A stretch of 63,997 bases of DNA, counting the filler, from Candidatus Hydrogenedentota bacterium (GTDB lineage: Bacteria > JBFMHD01): the NCBI GenBank assembly GCA_040752395.1. It is 7 parts of 7 records of this genome, joined end to end, with 100 filler letters (N's around TTAATTAATTAA, not from the genome) between each part and the next. Parts side by side here need not be neighbours in the genome. Positions count along the whole stretch, not along the records: positions 7,489 to 29,340 come from JBFMHD010000014.1; positions 29,441 to 36,771 come from JBFMHD010000140.1; 5 more parts are not named here. One strand, written 5' to 3'. Positions 20,210 to 29,630 of this stretch are shown one piece after another. The notes under the pieces were generated by a model. It was given only the letters and a program-made list of their open reading frames with translations, was not told the DNA's origin and did no database searches. Each line of letters begins with the position of its first letter. Positions within the stretch are counted from its first letter, which is position 1. The position numbers were made by a program, and so were the translations under genes.

Positions 20210-21952
20210 CTATTTTCGTAAAAACATTCGTTCTATCTCTTCGTTATTTATCTTAACAAAGACTGGTCTTCCGTGTGGACAGATGAACCCGTCATCTTCT
20301 TTCATTCTATAAACTTTATTAATCAGTTCTCGCATCTCCTGCTCGCTTAAAAAATCACCTGCACGAACAGCACTTTTACAGGCAATAATTGCTACAATAT
20401 CTCTTACTCTATCCTGATATATATTTGTTACTCTTTTATTTATCAGGTCATCAATGATATCAACAATAATGTTCTTGTCAGATATCCTTCTGCCAAGAAA
20501 AGATGGTACACCCTGAACTATAAGGCTTCCGCTCCCGAACTCTTCAATGATAAATCCAAGTTCTTTCATAATCTCGAAATATTCTTTAATCTCTTCAATT
20601 TTATTCTGCGGGTAATGGAGTGAATATGGGATTAAAAGGTTCTGGATAGTAATACTATTTTCATTATACTGACTGATTATCCTGTTAAAATTGATACGTT
20701 CGCTTGCTGTATGCTGGTCGAAGATTACAAGATTATTCTCAAACTCAGTTAAAATAAAACATCTATTTAGTTGTCCGATAATTCTAAAAATTTCAATCTC
20801 TTCATCTTCTAATAAACCGGTTTGCTTTACACCTGGCAGTTCAAATCGTGATTCAAATAATGATGCCTTTGTTCTATGGGGTTCTATATCTGACAGGCGA
20901 GGTTCTTGTTTTTTGTTAATATCTGAGATAAATTTATCAGCTCCGATTCCTTTAATAGCGGTGTGCAAGGTGGTATAGACCGCTGATTGAATAAAATCTA
21001 TTCGAGTAAATCTTACTTCTTTTTTCTTTGGATGAACATTTACATCAACGAGATCAGGATTAATCTCGATAAATAGAAATATATAAGGGTGTCTTTGGGA
21101 TGGGAAATAATTTTTATAAGCCTGATAGATAGTGTAAGATAACATTTTATCAGTAACTGGTCTGCCATTTACAAATATGAACTGGCTGTTTCTTGATGCG
21201 AGATGTTCATCAAGTGTCGAGATAAACCCTGATACGATGCCGAGCTCAGAATTATCTTCAGGTGATTCAATCTCTTTTTTAAAGGCGACCAATTTATTAC
21301 AAATATTATCACCATAATAATTTTTTAATATTTCTTTTTTACTCCAGCCTTTATTGGTTTTAAATATTATTTTACCATCAGTTATCAATTGAAACGCTAT
21401 TCCAGGATTCGATAATGAAAGAAGCAATACTATTTCCTGAATAAGATTTATCTCAGTAATATTTTTTCTTAGAAATTTCCTTCTTGCAGGTGTATTAAAG
21501 AAAAGATTTTTAACAACAGCAGTTGTTCCTTTTTTCGAGGAAATAGGTATAGAGGAAACCAGTTCGCCACCCTTGACAAACAATCTCAATCCCTCGCCGT
21601 CTCCGGTAGCAGAGCTTGCTAATTCAAGATAGCTTACAGCGGCGATAGAAGCGAGTGCCTCGCCCCGGAACCCGTAGGTTATTATCTTATACAAATCATC
21701 TAATTTTTTAATCTTACTCGTTGAATGCGATAAAACAGTTTTAGAGATATCGTCTTTATCAATGCCTTCACCATCATCAATCACAGTAATGGATTTTTTG
21801 CCTGCGTCTTCTATATAGACATCGATATGTTCGGCTCTTGCATCTATTGAATTTTCGATAAGTTCTTTGACGATATTAGCGGGTCGTTCGATAACCTCGC
21901 CTGCGGCTATTTTAAGATATATCTCTTCCGGGAGAACATTTATTTTAGACAT
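20210..21952 (-). CDS. mutL: DNA mismatch repair protein MutL
   Basis: IAAGEVIERP, GFRGEAL, DVNVHP, DQHTASER, ACK, CPHGRP. Confidence 0.97.
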   Translation of the reverse strand: MSKINVLPEEIYLKIAAGEVIERPANIVKELIENSIDARAEHIDVYIEDAGKKSITVIDDGEGIDKDDISKTVLSHSTSKIKKLDDLYKIITYGFRGEALASIAAVSYLELASSATGDGEGLRLFVKGGELVSSIPISSKKGTTAVVKNLFFNTPARRKFLRKNITEINLIQEIVLLLSLSNPGIAFQLITDGKIIFKTNKGWSKKEILKNYYGDNICNKLVAFKKEIESPEDNSELGIVSGFISTLDEHLASRNSQFIFVNGRPVTDKMLSYTIYQAYKNYFPSQRHPYIFLFIEINPDLVDVNVHPKKKEVRFTRIDFIQSAVYTTLHTAIKGIGADKFISDINKKQEPRLSDIEPHRTKASLFESRFELPGVKQTGLLEDEEIEIFRIIGQLNRCFILTEFENNLVIFDQHTASERINFNRIISQYNENSITIQNLLIPYSLHYPQNKIEEIKEYFEIMKELGFIIEEFGSGSLIVQGVPSFLGRRISDKNIIVDIIDDLINKRVTNIYQDRVRDIVAIIACKSAVRAGDFLSEQEMRELINKVYRMKEDDGFICPHGRPVFVKINNEEIERMFLRK

Positions 21953-22316
21953 GAGGAGGCGCTGCCTCGTTGGTTAAGGATTGATAGTATGCGATTGCCG
22001 CTTCCCTTGTATCAAACCATCTAAAAATTTTCACAAGGCCTAAAATTCGGAATATGTCGTGAACTCTCGAAGCAACCGAACAAAGAACTATATCTCCTCC
22101 TAAATTCCTGATATTTTTTAATGAATCAACAATTAAACCGATGCATTGACTGTTAATCATTCGTAAGTCTTTAAGGTCAAGAATGATGTTAATTTTCTTT
22201 TGGGTTACTATAAACCCTTTTAAAATATCAGAGAATGAAACCACGCCATAAGCGTCGAGATCGCCAGCTACTTTTATAATTGTGCAAACATTATGCTCTA
22301 TCTTTTCAACAATCAT
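21945..22316 (-). CDS. STAS-domain protein (anti-sigma factor antagonist type)
   Basis: GDLD...ILDLKDLRMINSQCIG...IFRILGL pattern. Confidence 0.8.
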   Translation of the reverse strand: MIVEKIEHNVCTIIKVAGDLDAYGVVSFSDILKGFIVTQKKINIILDLKDLRMINSQCIGLIVDSLKNIRNLGGDIVLCSVASRVHDIFRILGLVKIFRWFDTREAAIAYYQSLTNEAAPPHV

Positions 22317-22332
22317 CTTGTTAATCCAGGCT

Positions 22333-24936
22333 TTAGCCTATTTTTTTCTGTATTTCACATAAAATGTTTAATGCGTCAAGAGGTTTTATATTATTAATAT
22401 CAAAACCTTTAATCTCTTTAATTATCTCTTGATATCTATTATCGATGTCTAAATTTAGCTGGAAGATATCAAGTTGCGATAGTTTATCCTGATTTAAATC
22501 AATGCCTTTTCTTTGGCGTTCGAGCAGATTTAATATAACTTTAGCTTTTTTAAGCGCATCCTCAGGGATCCCGGCAAGTCTTGCAACATAAATGCCATAA
22601 GACCTGTCAGTGCAGCCCTCTACTATCTTATGTAGAAAAATTATCTCATTATTCCATTCTTTTACTGAGATATTATAATTTTTTACATTTTTATATTTAT
22701 TGGAGAGCTCAGCGAGTTCATGGAAATGCGTAGCAAAAAGTGTTCTACATCTAATTTTTTCTATTATAAATTCGCTTACAGCCCATGCTATCGAAACGCC
22801 ATCATACGTAGATGTTCCACGACCTATCTCATCAAGTATCACAAGACTCTTTAATGTAGCATTGTTCAGGATATTCGCTGTTTCAGTCATCTCAACCATA
22901 AACGTTGATAACCCACCTGCAAGATAATCCAGGGCACCTATACGGGTAAAAATTCTATCAGTTAATCCTATTTCAGCTTCGTTAGCTGGAACAAACGAGC
23001 CTATCTGAGCAAGTAAAACAATTAACGCAACCTGACGGATATAAGTTGATTTGCCTGCCATATTCGGACCTGTTATTATATGAAAAGTATCTTCGCTCGT
23101 CCCCATCTCAGTCTCATTCGGGATAAACTCACTTCTTTTTTTTAATATCTCTATTACCGGATGTCTCCCGTTTTTAATAATAATGATATTTTCATCAGTT
23201 ATAACCGGTTTAGAGTAATCTCTATCTCTTGCTAATCTTGCGAAATTTAAAAAGACATCAAGATGTGCGATAGCATTAGCGTTGTTCTGGATAGATTCAA
23301 GATAACTTGATATATCTTTTAAGAGTTCATCAAAAAGACGGTGCTCGATCTGTATAATCTTTTCTTCAGCATTTAATATCATACTCTCTTTTTCTTTTAA
23401 TTCAGGAGTAATAAATCGTTCAGCATTAGAAACGGTCTGTTTTCTGATATACTCTGGTGGAACGTATTTAAGATTTGGTTTTGTTACTTCAATATAATAG
23501 CCAAATACAGAGGTGAACCCTATCTTTAAAGAATTAATTCCTGTCTTTTCTCGTTCTTTTTTTGCAAGCGTTGTTATCCAGTCTTTGCCGTCCTTTATTA
23601 ATATTCTTAAATCATCAAGTTCCTTGTTATACCCGTCTTTAAAAACTCCACCGTCTTTTAAACTTGAAGGCGGATCCTCTTTAATCGCCTGCTCTATTTT
23701 ATCAGCAGCATTCTTCATATCCTCTGTGAACTCATTGTATATCCATTGTAAACCATCAGATTTAACATCTTTTAACAATTTTTTTAAAAGTGGTATTTTC
23801 TTTAACCCGTGTGCAAGCCCAAGCAAATCCCGTGGAGTACATATCCTTAACCCTATCTTACCGCATAGCCGAAATAAATCCTGCATCCCTTTTATAACAT
23901 TATTTAATTGACCACTTAATTCACTATTTTCAAATAACTCACTGACAGCATTTAACCTAAAATTTATCTCGTGTTTATCTGTTAAAGGATGTCTTATAAA
24001 ATTTCGTAGTAAACGTGAGCCCATTGAGGTGCTGCAGCTGTCTATGCTCCAGACAAGAGTATATTCTTCCTCGTTATTGTGCAGATTGTTAAAGAGCTCA
24101 AGATTACGTATCGTATTATCATCGAGGAACATACCTTTAGAGGCTTCTACGATCCGTATCTTCCTTATGTGTTCAATCATACCTTTCTGTGTTTCATAAA
24201 GGTATGCGAGTAGAGCAGCACTCGCTATTTTTAATCCGCTTCTATTGTAAAAACCAAACCCTTCTAAATTATGAACCTTGAAATGTCGTTTAAGTAAAGA
24301 TTCACATTCTTCATCAAAGAAATGATAATCTTCATATTTTGTAAGAGCGACACCTTTAAAATTATTACTGAAAAATTTTAATAGTTCTATATCACTTTCT
24401 CTGATGATTATCTCTGCCGGCTCTATCTTGCAAATCTCAGCAATTGCATTAGTATTATCTATTTCACTTGTTAATATCTCACCCTCGGATAAATCACAAT
24501 ATGACATATAATAATTATTCTCATTTTTAACCACACACATTAAATAATTATTCTTTTTAGGGTCAAAAACGCCTGTGGTAAAGAGTGTGCCCGGGGTGAT
24601 TACTCTAATAATATCTCTTTTAACTATACCTTTTGCGTATTTAGGGTCTTCAACCTGGTCACATAAAGTTATTCGATACCCTTTTTTGACAAATTTAGCT
24701 ATATAGTTATTTATGGCATGATATGGAACACCGGCAAGCGGAACACGTACCCCACCCCCTAACGGCTTTGATGTTAGAGTTATTTCAAGTTCTTTACTGG
24801 CAATTTTAGCATCCTCATTGAACATCTCAAAAAAATCACCAACCCTGAACATAAGTATAGTACCAGGATACTGATTCTTTATCTGGTAATATTGTTTCAT
24901 CATTGGCGTCAAATCTTCTTCTTTCTTGCTCTTCAT
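22333..24936 (-). CDS. mutS: DNA mismatch repair protein MutS
   Basis: TPMMKQY, GDFFEMF, TGPNMAGKSTY, STFMVEM, DEIGRGT, FATHFHEL. Confidence 0.98.
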   Translation of the reverse strand: MKSKKEEDLTPMMKQYYQIKNQYPGTILMFRVGDFFEMFNEDAKIASKELEITLTSKPLGGGVRVPLAGVPYHAINNYIAKFVKKGYRITLCDQVEDPKYAKGIVKRDIIRVITPGTLFTTGVFDPKKNNYLMCVVKNENNYYMSYCDLSEGEILTSEIDNTNAIAEICKIEPAEIIIRESDIELLKFFSNNFKGVALTKYEDYHFFDEECESLLKRHFKVHNLEGFGFYNRSGLKIASAALLAYLYETQKGMIEHIRKIRIVEASKGMFLDDNTIRNLELFNNLHNNEEEYTLVWSIDSCSTSMGSRLLRNFIRHPLTDKHEINFRLNAVSELFENSELSGQLNNVIKGMQDLFRLCGKIGLRICTPRDLLGLAHGLKKIPLLKKLLKDVKSDGLQWIYNEFTEDMKNAADKIEQAIKEDPPSSLKDGGVFKDGYNKELDDLRILIKDGKDWITTLAKKEREKTGINSLKIGFTSVFGYYIEVTKPNLKYVPPEYIRKQTVSNAERFITPELKEKESMILNAEEKIIQIEHRLFDELLKDISSYLESIQNNANAIAHLDVFLNFARLARDRDYSKPVITDENIIIIKNGRHPVIEILKKRSEFIPNETEMGTSEDTFHIITGPNMAGKSTYIRQVALIVLLAQIGSFVPANEAEIGLTDRIFTRIGALDYLAGGLSTFMVEMTETANILNNATLKSLVILDEIGRGTSTYDGVSIAWAVSEFIIEKIRCRTLFATHFHELAELSNKYKNVKNYNISVKEWNNEIIFLHKIVEGCTDRSYGIYVARLAGIPEDALKKAKVILNLLERQRKGIDLNQDKLSQLDIFQLNLDIDNRYQEIIKEIKGFDINNIKPLDALNILCEIQKKIG

Positions 24937-24967
24937 CGTTATTTTAGCCTTTCTTCAGTAACCCCAC

Positions 24968-25168
24968 CTCTACTACGGGTCTTGTGACCCTCACTACTTC
25001 TTCGGAGTTCGGAGCTCGGAGCTATTATTACGAACTCCTAACTCCTATTCTCTGAAAAACGCTGTAACTCTAATAATCCGGGGTACAGGCTACGGGCTAC
25101 GGACTACAGCCGGCTGGAGCCCGAAGCACGGAGCCTGCTGAAAAGTCTTGAGTCTTGAGTCTTGCTTC
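24968..25168 (-). repeat. Modular heptamer-mosaic repeat
   Basis: GGAGTTC/GGAGCTC, AACTCCT, GGCTACG, CAGCCGGCTG palindrome and GTCTTGA blocks; matches 63757-63940. Confidence 0.92.
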
Positions 25169-26304
25169 TATTTTTTATATATCCAACCTTCGAGCCCTTT
25201 TTCAATTATAAACTCATTAGCTTCTTCTTTTGAATCAAAAAAACCGATCCTTACTCTGTAATAGGTTTCATTTCGAACATTGATAGTTTCTATATAGGAT
25301 TCTATTCCTTTGTTCTTAAGTTCATTTTGTAAATTTTCAGCTTTTATTATTTCTTTAAATGAGCCTATCTGAATTATATACTCACCCTCTTTTCTATCTT
25401 CTGTCTTCTGTCTCCTGTCTTCTAATTTTGAATTTTGAATTTTGAATTTTGAATTTAACTTTGTGCCTTTGTGCCTCTGTGTCTCTGTGCCTTTCCCTCC
25501 TGTCTCCTGTCTCCTGTCTTCTGTATTCTGTATTCTGTATTCTATCTTTTCGTTTTTTAACGCATAAGCTTCAAGCGAGTCAGTATAATTTTTTATCAAA
25601 AAATCTTTAATACCCTCTGCTTCTTTATTTTTACCGAGATTAATATCACAGCGATAGAGTTGTAAATACACCCAGGGTATCCATATAGAATCAGGATATA
25701 ATACAAGATACCTGTGGTAATTAATTCTTGCATTATCATAATCATTGTTTTTATATAAAATATCTGCGAGTGAAAGGATGCCATCCTTAAAAAATCTTCC
25801 ACCCGTATATTTCTTTTCAAGCTCGTTTAAGACATTTATAGCATTAGTATTATCCATTATTCCTATATAGCATAATCCCAGTCTATATAAAGTTTCTTCA
25901 TTAAGTAAAAATTTATCATTCTCTTTATTAAGACTTAATACGTTATTAAAATAGGTTATGGCATTTTGATAATCTTCTTTATAAAAGTAATTCATTCCGA
26001 GTTCAAAATTAGCATAAGCTAATATATGAGATTCTGGATAATTATTTATTATTTCATTAAGATAAGTGATAGATTTACTGATTTTATTCTCAGCCTTAGA
26101 AGCGAGCAGCAGGAAAACGTCTCTATTTTTTAATGCTACTGGTTTTTCCTCTAATATTTCGCGCAATTTGTTTATTGCTTTTTCTTTATTGTTCTCATTT
26201 ATCCATTTCTCAATCTGTTCTATAAGAGCTTCTTCATTTCTGTATGCATTAAGATTATTACAAAATAAAACAAAGACAAACAAAATAAAAACAAATTTTT
26301 TCAT
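25168..26304 (-). CDS. Secreted TPR + SPOR-domain protein with a repeat-derived linker
   Basis: Signal peptide, BamD/CpoB-like TPRs, C-terminal YIIQIGSF...YYRVRIG SPOR domain. Confidence 0.85.
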   Translation of the reverse strand: MKKFVFILFVFVLFCNNLNAYRNEEALIEQIEKWINENNKEKAINKLREILEEKPVALKNRDVFLLLASKAENKISKSITYLNEIINNYPESHILAYANFELGMNYFYKEDYQNAITYFNNVLSLNKENDKFLLNEETLYRLGLCYIGIMDNTNAINVLNELEKKYTGGRFFKDGILSLADILYKNNDYDNARINYHRYLVLYPDSIWIPWVYLQLYRCDINLGKNKEAEGIKDFLIKNYTDSLEAYALKNEKIEYRIQNTEDRRQETGGKGTETQRHKGTKLNSKFKIQNSKLEDRRQKTEDRKEGEYIIQIGSFKEIIKAENLQNELKNKGIESYIETINVRNETYYRVRIGFFDSKEEANEFIIEKGLEGWIYKK

Positions 26305-26340
26305 TTTAAAATCTCCATACCTTACCCTCCAGGCCTGTAC

Positions 26341-26934
26341 TTACTCTGCCACCAATCCATTAGTAGCGTCGGCATAGGTGTTGTGGTGTACTAAATAAGG
26401 ATAAAATACCCTGATTACTCTAAAAAAGTTATGCCATTTTATCTCGTTTTTATATACGTCATCAACATATTTTTTTGTTGATTCTATGGGGTAATCTTCA
26501 ATTTTGTAATCTTTTTCATTTTCTTTCAACCATCTTTCAACTCTCGATGGTCCTGAATGATAAGCAAACAAAGCAAGTTCTTTACTTTGAAATCTCCCTT
26601 TTAACCTTGAGAGATATTTTATACCAAGCTCAAGATTCTTTATTGGCTCTCTTATTTTCATAGCTGCTAATGACGAATCGTTCTCTATTTCATAAGCGGT
26701 CTCAGGTAAGAGCTGCATAAGTCCTAAAGCGCCTTTTTCTGATTTGGCTTTTTTATTAAACCCTGATTCAGCCTGAATTATGGCTATAATTTCTACTGGG
26801 TCTATGGCGTACTGTTTTGATATTTTATAAATGTCATAGTACATAATTACTTCAGAAAGAAAATAATAAAACCCGATCGCAAACAAAATATAAATAATAA
26901 AAATAATAGAGATAAATATAACTAACTTTTTCAC
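26341..26934 (-). CDS. Lytic transglycosylase (SLT domain)
   Basis: AIIQAES.F...A.S.KGALGLMQL, AYHSG; N-terminal TM helix. Confidence 0.9.
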   Translation of the reverse strand: MKKLVIFISIIFIIYILFAIGFYYFLSEVIMYYDIYKISKQYAIDPVEIIAIIQAESGFNKKAKSEKGALGLMQLLPETAYEIENDSSLAAMKIREPIKNLELGIKYLSRLKGRFQSKELALFAYHSGPSRVERWLKENEKDYKIEDYPIESTKKYVDDVYKNEIKWHNFFRVIRVFYPYLVHHNTYADATNGLVAE

Positions 26935-27041
26935 ATTAAATCCTTACTATAGGCAGTGTTGCTTCTTTTAAATGTTTCTTATAGGAAACATTGAAAAATT
27001 TGTGTGTTTTCGGCAAATTATTTTACATTATCCTCTCAATT

Positions 27042-27302
27042 TTATATTTTCATTATAGCAGTTTTTAATAAATTTCTTGTGAATACTTGATAAGGCATTT
27101 TGTATTCCTTTGATTTTTCTTTTAGTGTTTTAATTAAATCTGAATTGAGCCAAATAGTAATTTTTTGTTTTTTTTCTTTTTGGAGTTCTAACAAAAAATC
27201 TCTTGTTATATCTTCGTCGAAAAATCCCGTTGTATCATGTGTATCCCAATAATTAGACTCCTGCTCTAAATTTTTAAATTTTGGCAACATTTTCTTTTTC
27301 AT
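27042..27302 (-). CDS. BrnA/CopG-like antitoxin
   Basis: PKFK...E..YWDTHD; C-terminal ribbon-helix-helix-like ITIWL...MPYQ. Confidence 0.75.
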   Translation of the reverse strand: MKKKMLPKFKNLEQESNYWDTHDTTGFFDEDITRDFLLELQKEKKQKITIWLNSDLIKTLKEKSKEYKMPYQVFTRNLLKTAIMKI

Positions 27303-27314
27303 TTTTTATCACCT

Positions 27315-27596
27315 CTATTGATTATATTGTTTCTTCTCTTTTACTGTCATATCTCTGGCAGTTATTATTTTTAATCCAGCTATTTCTTTTATAAAAACAG
27401 TCATTATATAACGCTCTGCAAAAGTTCTACCTAAAGCCTTTAATCGTTTCTGACCATAATCATTTCTCGAAGATGCTCTAAATATTTTTATCTTTTCATC
27501 TTGGTTTTTAAATACCTCCTTAATTTCATCCCACTTAATATGATGTTTAGATTGAATTTTATGATAAACACTTCGGCTCGCGGGATAAATGTTCAT
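27315..27596 (-). CDS. BrnT-family toxin
   Basis: KHHIKWDEIKEVF, ALGRT, IITARDM...E. Confidence 0.78.
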   Translation of the reverse strand: MNIYPASRSVYHKIQSKHHIKWDEIKEVFKNQDEKIKIFRASSRNDYGQKRLKALGRTFAERYIMTVFIKEIAGLKIITARDMTVKEKKQYNQ

Positions 27597-27617
27597 ACAG
27601 TCCTTCGTGCTTCAGGA

Positions 27618-27650
27618 TGAGCAGTCGTGGAAAAACTCCCCAACTGCTCA
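27618..27650. promoter_or_regulatory. Hairpin/inverted repeat upstream of brnT
   Basis: TGAGCAGT...ACTGCTCA. Confidence 0.4.
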
Positions 27651-27706
27651 AATTATATTATATTTATATTGTATTATATACATACAATTTGTCAATACCT
27701 ATTTTG

Positions 27707-27770
27707 CAGGTCTCTTTTAAACCATATTTTTAAGGAACTTGTTTAAAAATTTTATAGAACTAGCTTTTTT
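27707..27770 (+). repeat. Second dispersed repeat (family B)
   Basis: CAGGTCTCTTTTAAA...ATTTTTAAGGAACT...TTTATA.AACT.GCTTTTTT; inverted copy at 60526-60583. Confidence 0.7.
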
Positions 27771-27784
27771 AATGCCCGTAATTC

Positions 27785-27813
27785 ACCCCCCTTTTTTTTC
27801 AAAAAAGGGGGGT
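27785..27813. terminator. Hairpin just downstream of miaB, possible terminator
   Basis: ACCCCCCTTTT...AAAAGGGGGGT inverted repeat. Confidence 0.5.
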
Positions 27814-27814
27814 T

Positions 27815-29122
27815 TTAAAAGAAATCTCTTTTGCCAAAAAGCGTATAGCTCCCTGCACGTTCTATCATAACATCGACTATTTCACCTGTAATATTTTTTT
27901 CTGATTTTACAATAACAATCTTATTTGTTTCTGTTCTTCCCTGATATTCATTTTTATTTTTCGGGCTTGGTCCTTCTATTAAGACTTCTACTATTTTACC
28001 AATAAGACTATTGTTTATTTCAAGTGAGATTTGCTGCTGCAATTTATTCACTTCTTTCAATCTCTGCTTCTTTATATTGAAAGGTATAGTATCACCGAAT
28101 TTATAAGCAGCGGTGGCCTCTCTTTTTGAATACGCAAAAGTATGCATACTATCAAACCTTATTCGTTTAATAAATTCAAGTGTTCGTGAAAAAGATTTAT
28201 CATCTTCAGTTGGTAACCCCACGATAAGATCAGAGGTTATACTGCAGTTGGGTCTCTTTTTACGGAGTTTCTCCACTTTCTCAAAAAAAGATTCAATGGT
28301 ATATTTTCTGTTCATATTAAAAAGAACGCTATTATCCCCTGACTGAAGAGGTAGATGATAATGTGGACATATTGTTTGTAATGCGGTTACATTATCTATA
28401 AAGTAATCGTCAACGAATGCAGGATGACTGCTTACAAACCGTATTCGTTTTAAATATTTCTCTTTATCTATCTTGATAAGTAAATCAGTAAAATTTCTAT
28501 TACCATTCAGGTCTCTACCATAGGCATTAACATTCTGTCCAAGTAGTGTCGCTTCTTTATAACCTGCTTCTTGTAGATTCTCAAGTTCTTTATAGATAAT
28601 ATCCTCTTTTAAACTTCTCATTCTGCCTCTTACATACGGCACAATACAATACGAGCAATAGTTATCACAACCCGTCATAATAGTAACCCAGGAAGATATA
28701 CCTTTTATAGCTTCTGTTATCCCCCATTTTGCGGGATGTGGTTCTGATTCGCCATATAAAACCACTCCATCGCTTCTGTTTTTTATAATATCATCTATTA
28801 TTCTTGGTATCTCTTCAAATTTAGATGGGCCAACTACAAAATCCAGTTTATCAAATCTCTTAATTAACTCTTCTTTTCTTCGTTCAGCGACACAACCCAT
28901 AAGCCCAATAATCTGGTGTTTTTTATCTTTTAGAAATCTACCGAGATTACTGATTGCTCTATCCTCTGCGTGCTGACGTACGGTACAGGTATTAATAATT
29001 AATATATCAGCTTTAGAGGGGTCGCTCACTTCATTATAGCCTTGATTAACGAGGATATTAGCAAGCGCTCTTGAATCCCGTTCATTCATCTGACACCCGA
29101 AGGTAACGATTGTAAATTGCAT
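27815..29122 (-). CDS. miaB: tRNA-2-methylthio-N6-dimethylallyladenosine synthase
   Basis: TFGCQMNERDS, NTCTVR..AE, GCDNYCSYC radical-SAM motif, TRAM domain. Confidence 0.95.
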   Translation of the reverse strand: MQFTIVTFGCQMNERDSRALANILVNQGYNEVSDPSKADILIINTCTVRQHAEDRAISNLGRFLKDKKHQIIGLMGCVAERRKEELIKRFDKLDFVVGPSKFEEIPRIIDDIIKNRSDGVVLYGESEPHPAKWGITEAIKGISSWVTIMTGCDNYCSYCIVPYVRGRMRSLKEDIIYKELENLQEAGYKEATLLGQNVNAYGRDLNGNRNFTDLLIKIDKEKYLKRIRFVSSHPAFVDDYFIDNVTALQTICPHYHLPLQSGDNSVLFNMNRKYTIESFFEKVEKLRKKRPNCSITSDLIVGLPTEDDKSFSRTLEFIKRIRFDSMHTFAYSKREATAAYKFGDTIPFNIKKQRLKEVNKLQQQISLEINNSLIGKIVEVLIEGPSPKNKNEYQGRTETNKIVIVKSEKNITGEIVDVMIERAGSYTLFGKRDFF

Positions 29123-29250
29123 TTCTTTCTCTCGTATTTTCTATAGTATATCGGGCTCTATCAAAATACAAGAGATTTCTCTTTGCAAAATTAAATAAAT
29201 ATGTAAATTAAGAAGACAGGAGACAGAAATGGAAAAAAGAGGTGATTTTT

Positions 29251-29340
29251 ATGATTATCGTAAATATCGACGATACCATTGCTGATACACAACATAGATT
29301 AAAACGTAATCCTGATGGTTCGTTTGACTGGGATTATTAT
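29251..29340 (+). CDS. 5' fragment of a HAD-like (PNKP phosphatase-like) protein, truncated by gap
   Basis: GAGGTG SD then MIIVNIDDTIADTQHRLKRNPDGSFDWDYY. Confidence 0.4.
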
Positions 29341-29440
29341 NNNNNNNNNNNNNNNNNNNNNNNNNNNNNNNNNNNNNNNNNNNNTTAATTAATTAANNNN
29401 NNNNNNNNNNNNNNNNNNNNNNNNNNNNNNNNNNNNNNNN
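29341..29440. other. Artificial contig-joining spacer
   Basis: N44-TTAATTAATTAA-N44. Confidence 0.97.
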
Positions 29441-29622
29441 AGAAGCAAGAAGCAAGAAGCAAAAGGCAAAAAGTAGATGATATGTTGGCTTCGGACTTCG
29501 GACTTCAGGCTCCGGGTTCCAGCCGGCTGTAATCCGTAGCCTGTAGCCTGTAGCCTAAAACCAACTTCCTTTAAAAAATTCGGAATTCGGAAGTAATCTT
29601 TGAATCTTTCAATCTTTGAATC
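29441..29622. repeat. Modular heptamer-mosaic repeat at contig start
   Basis: AGAAGCA x3, CTTCGGA/CTTCAGG, CAGCCGGCTG, GTAGCCT x3, AATCTTTG units. Confidence 0.88.
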
Positions 29623-29630
29623 TTTTATCA

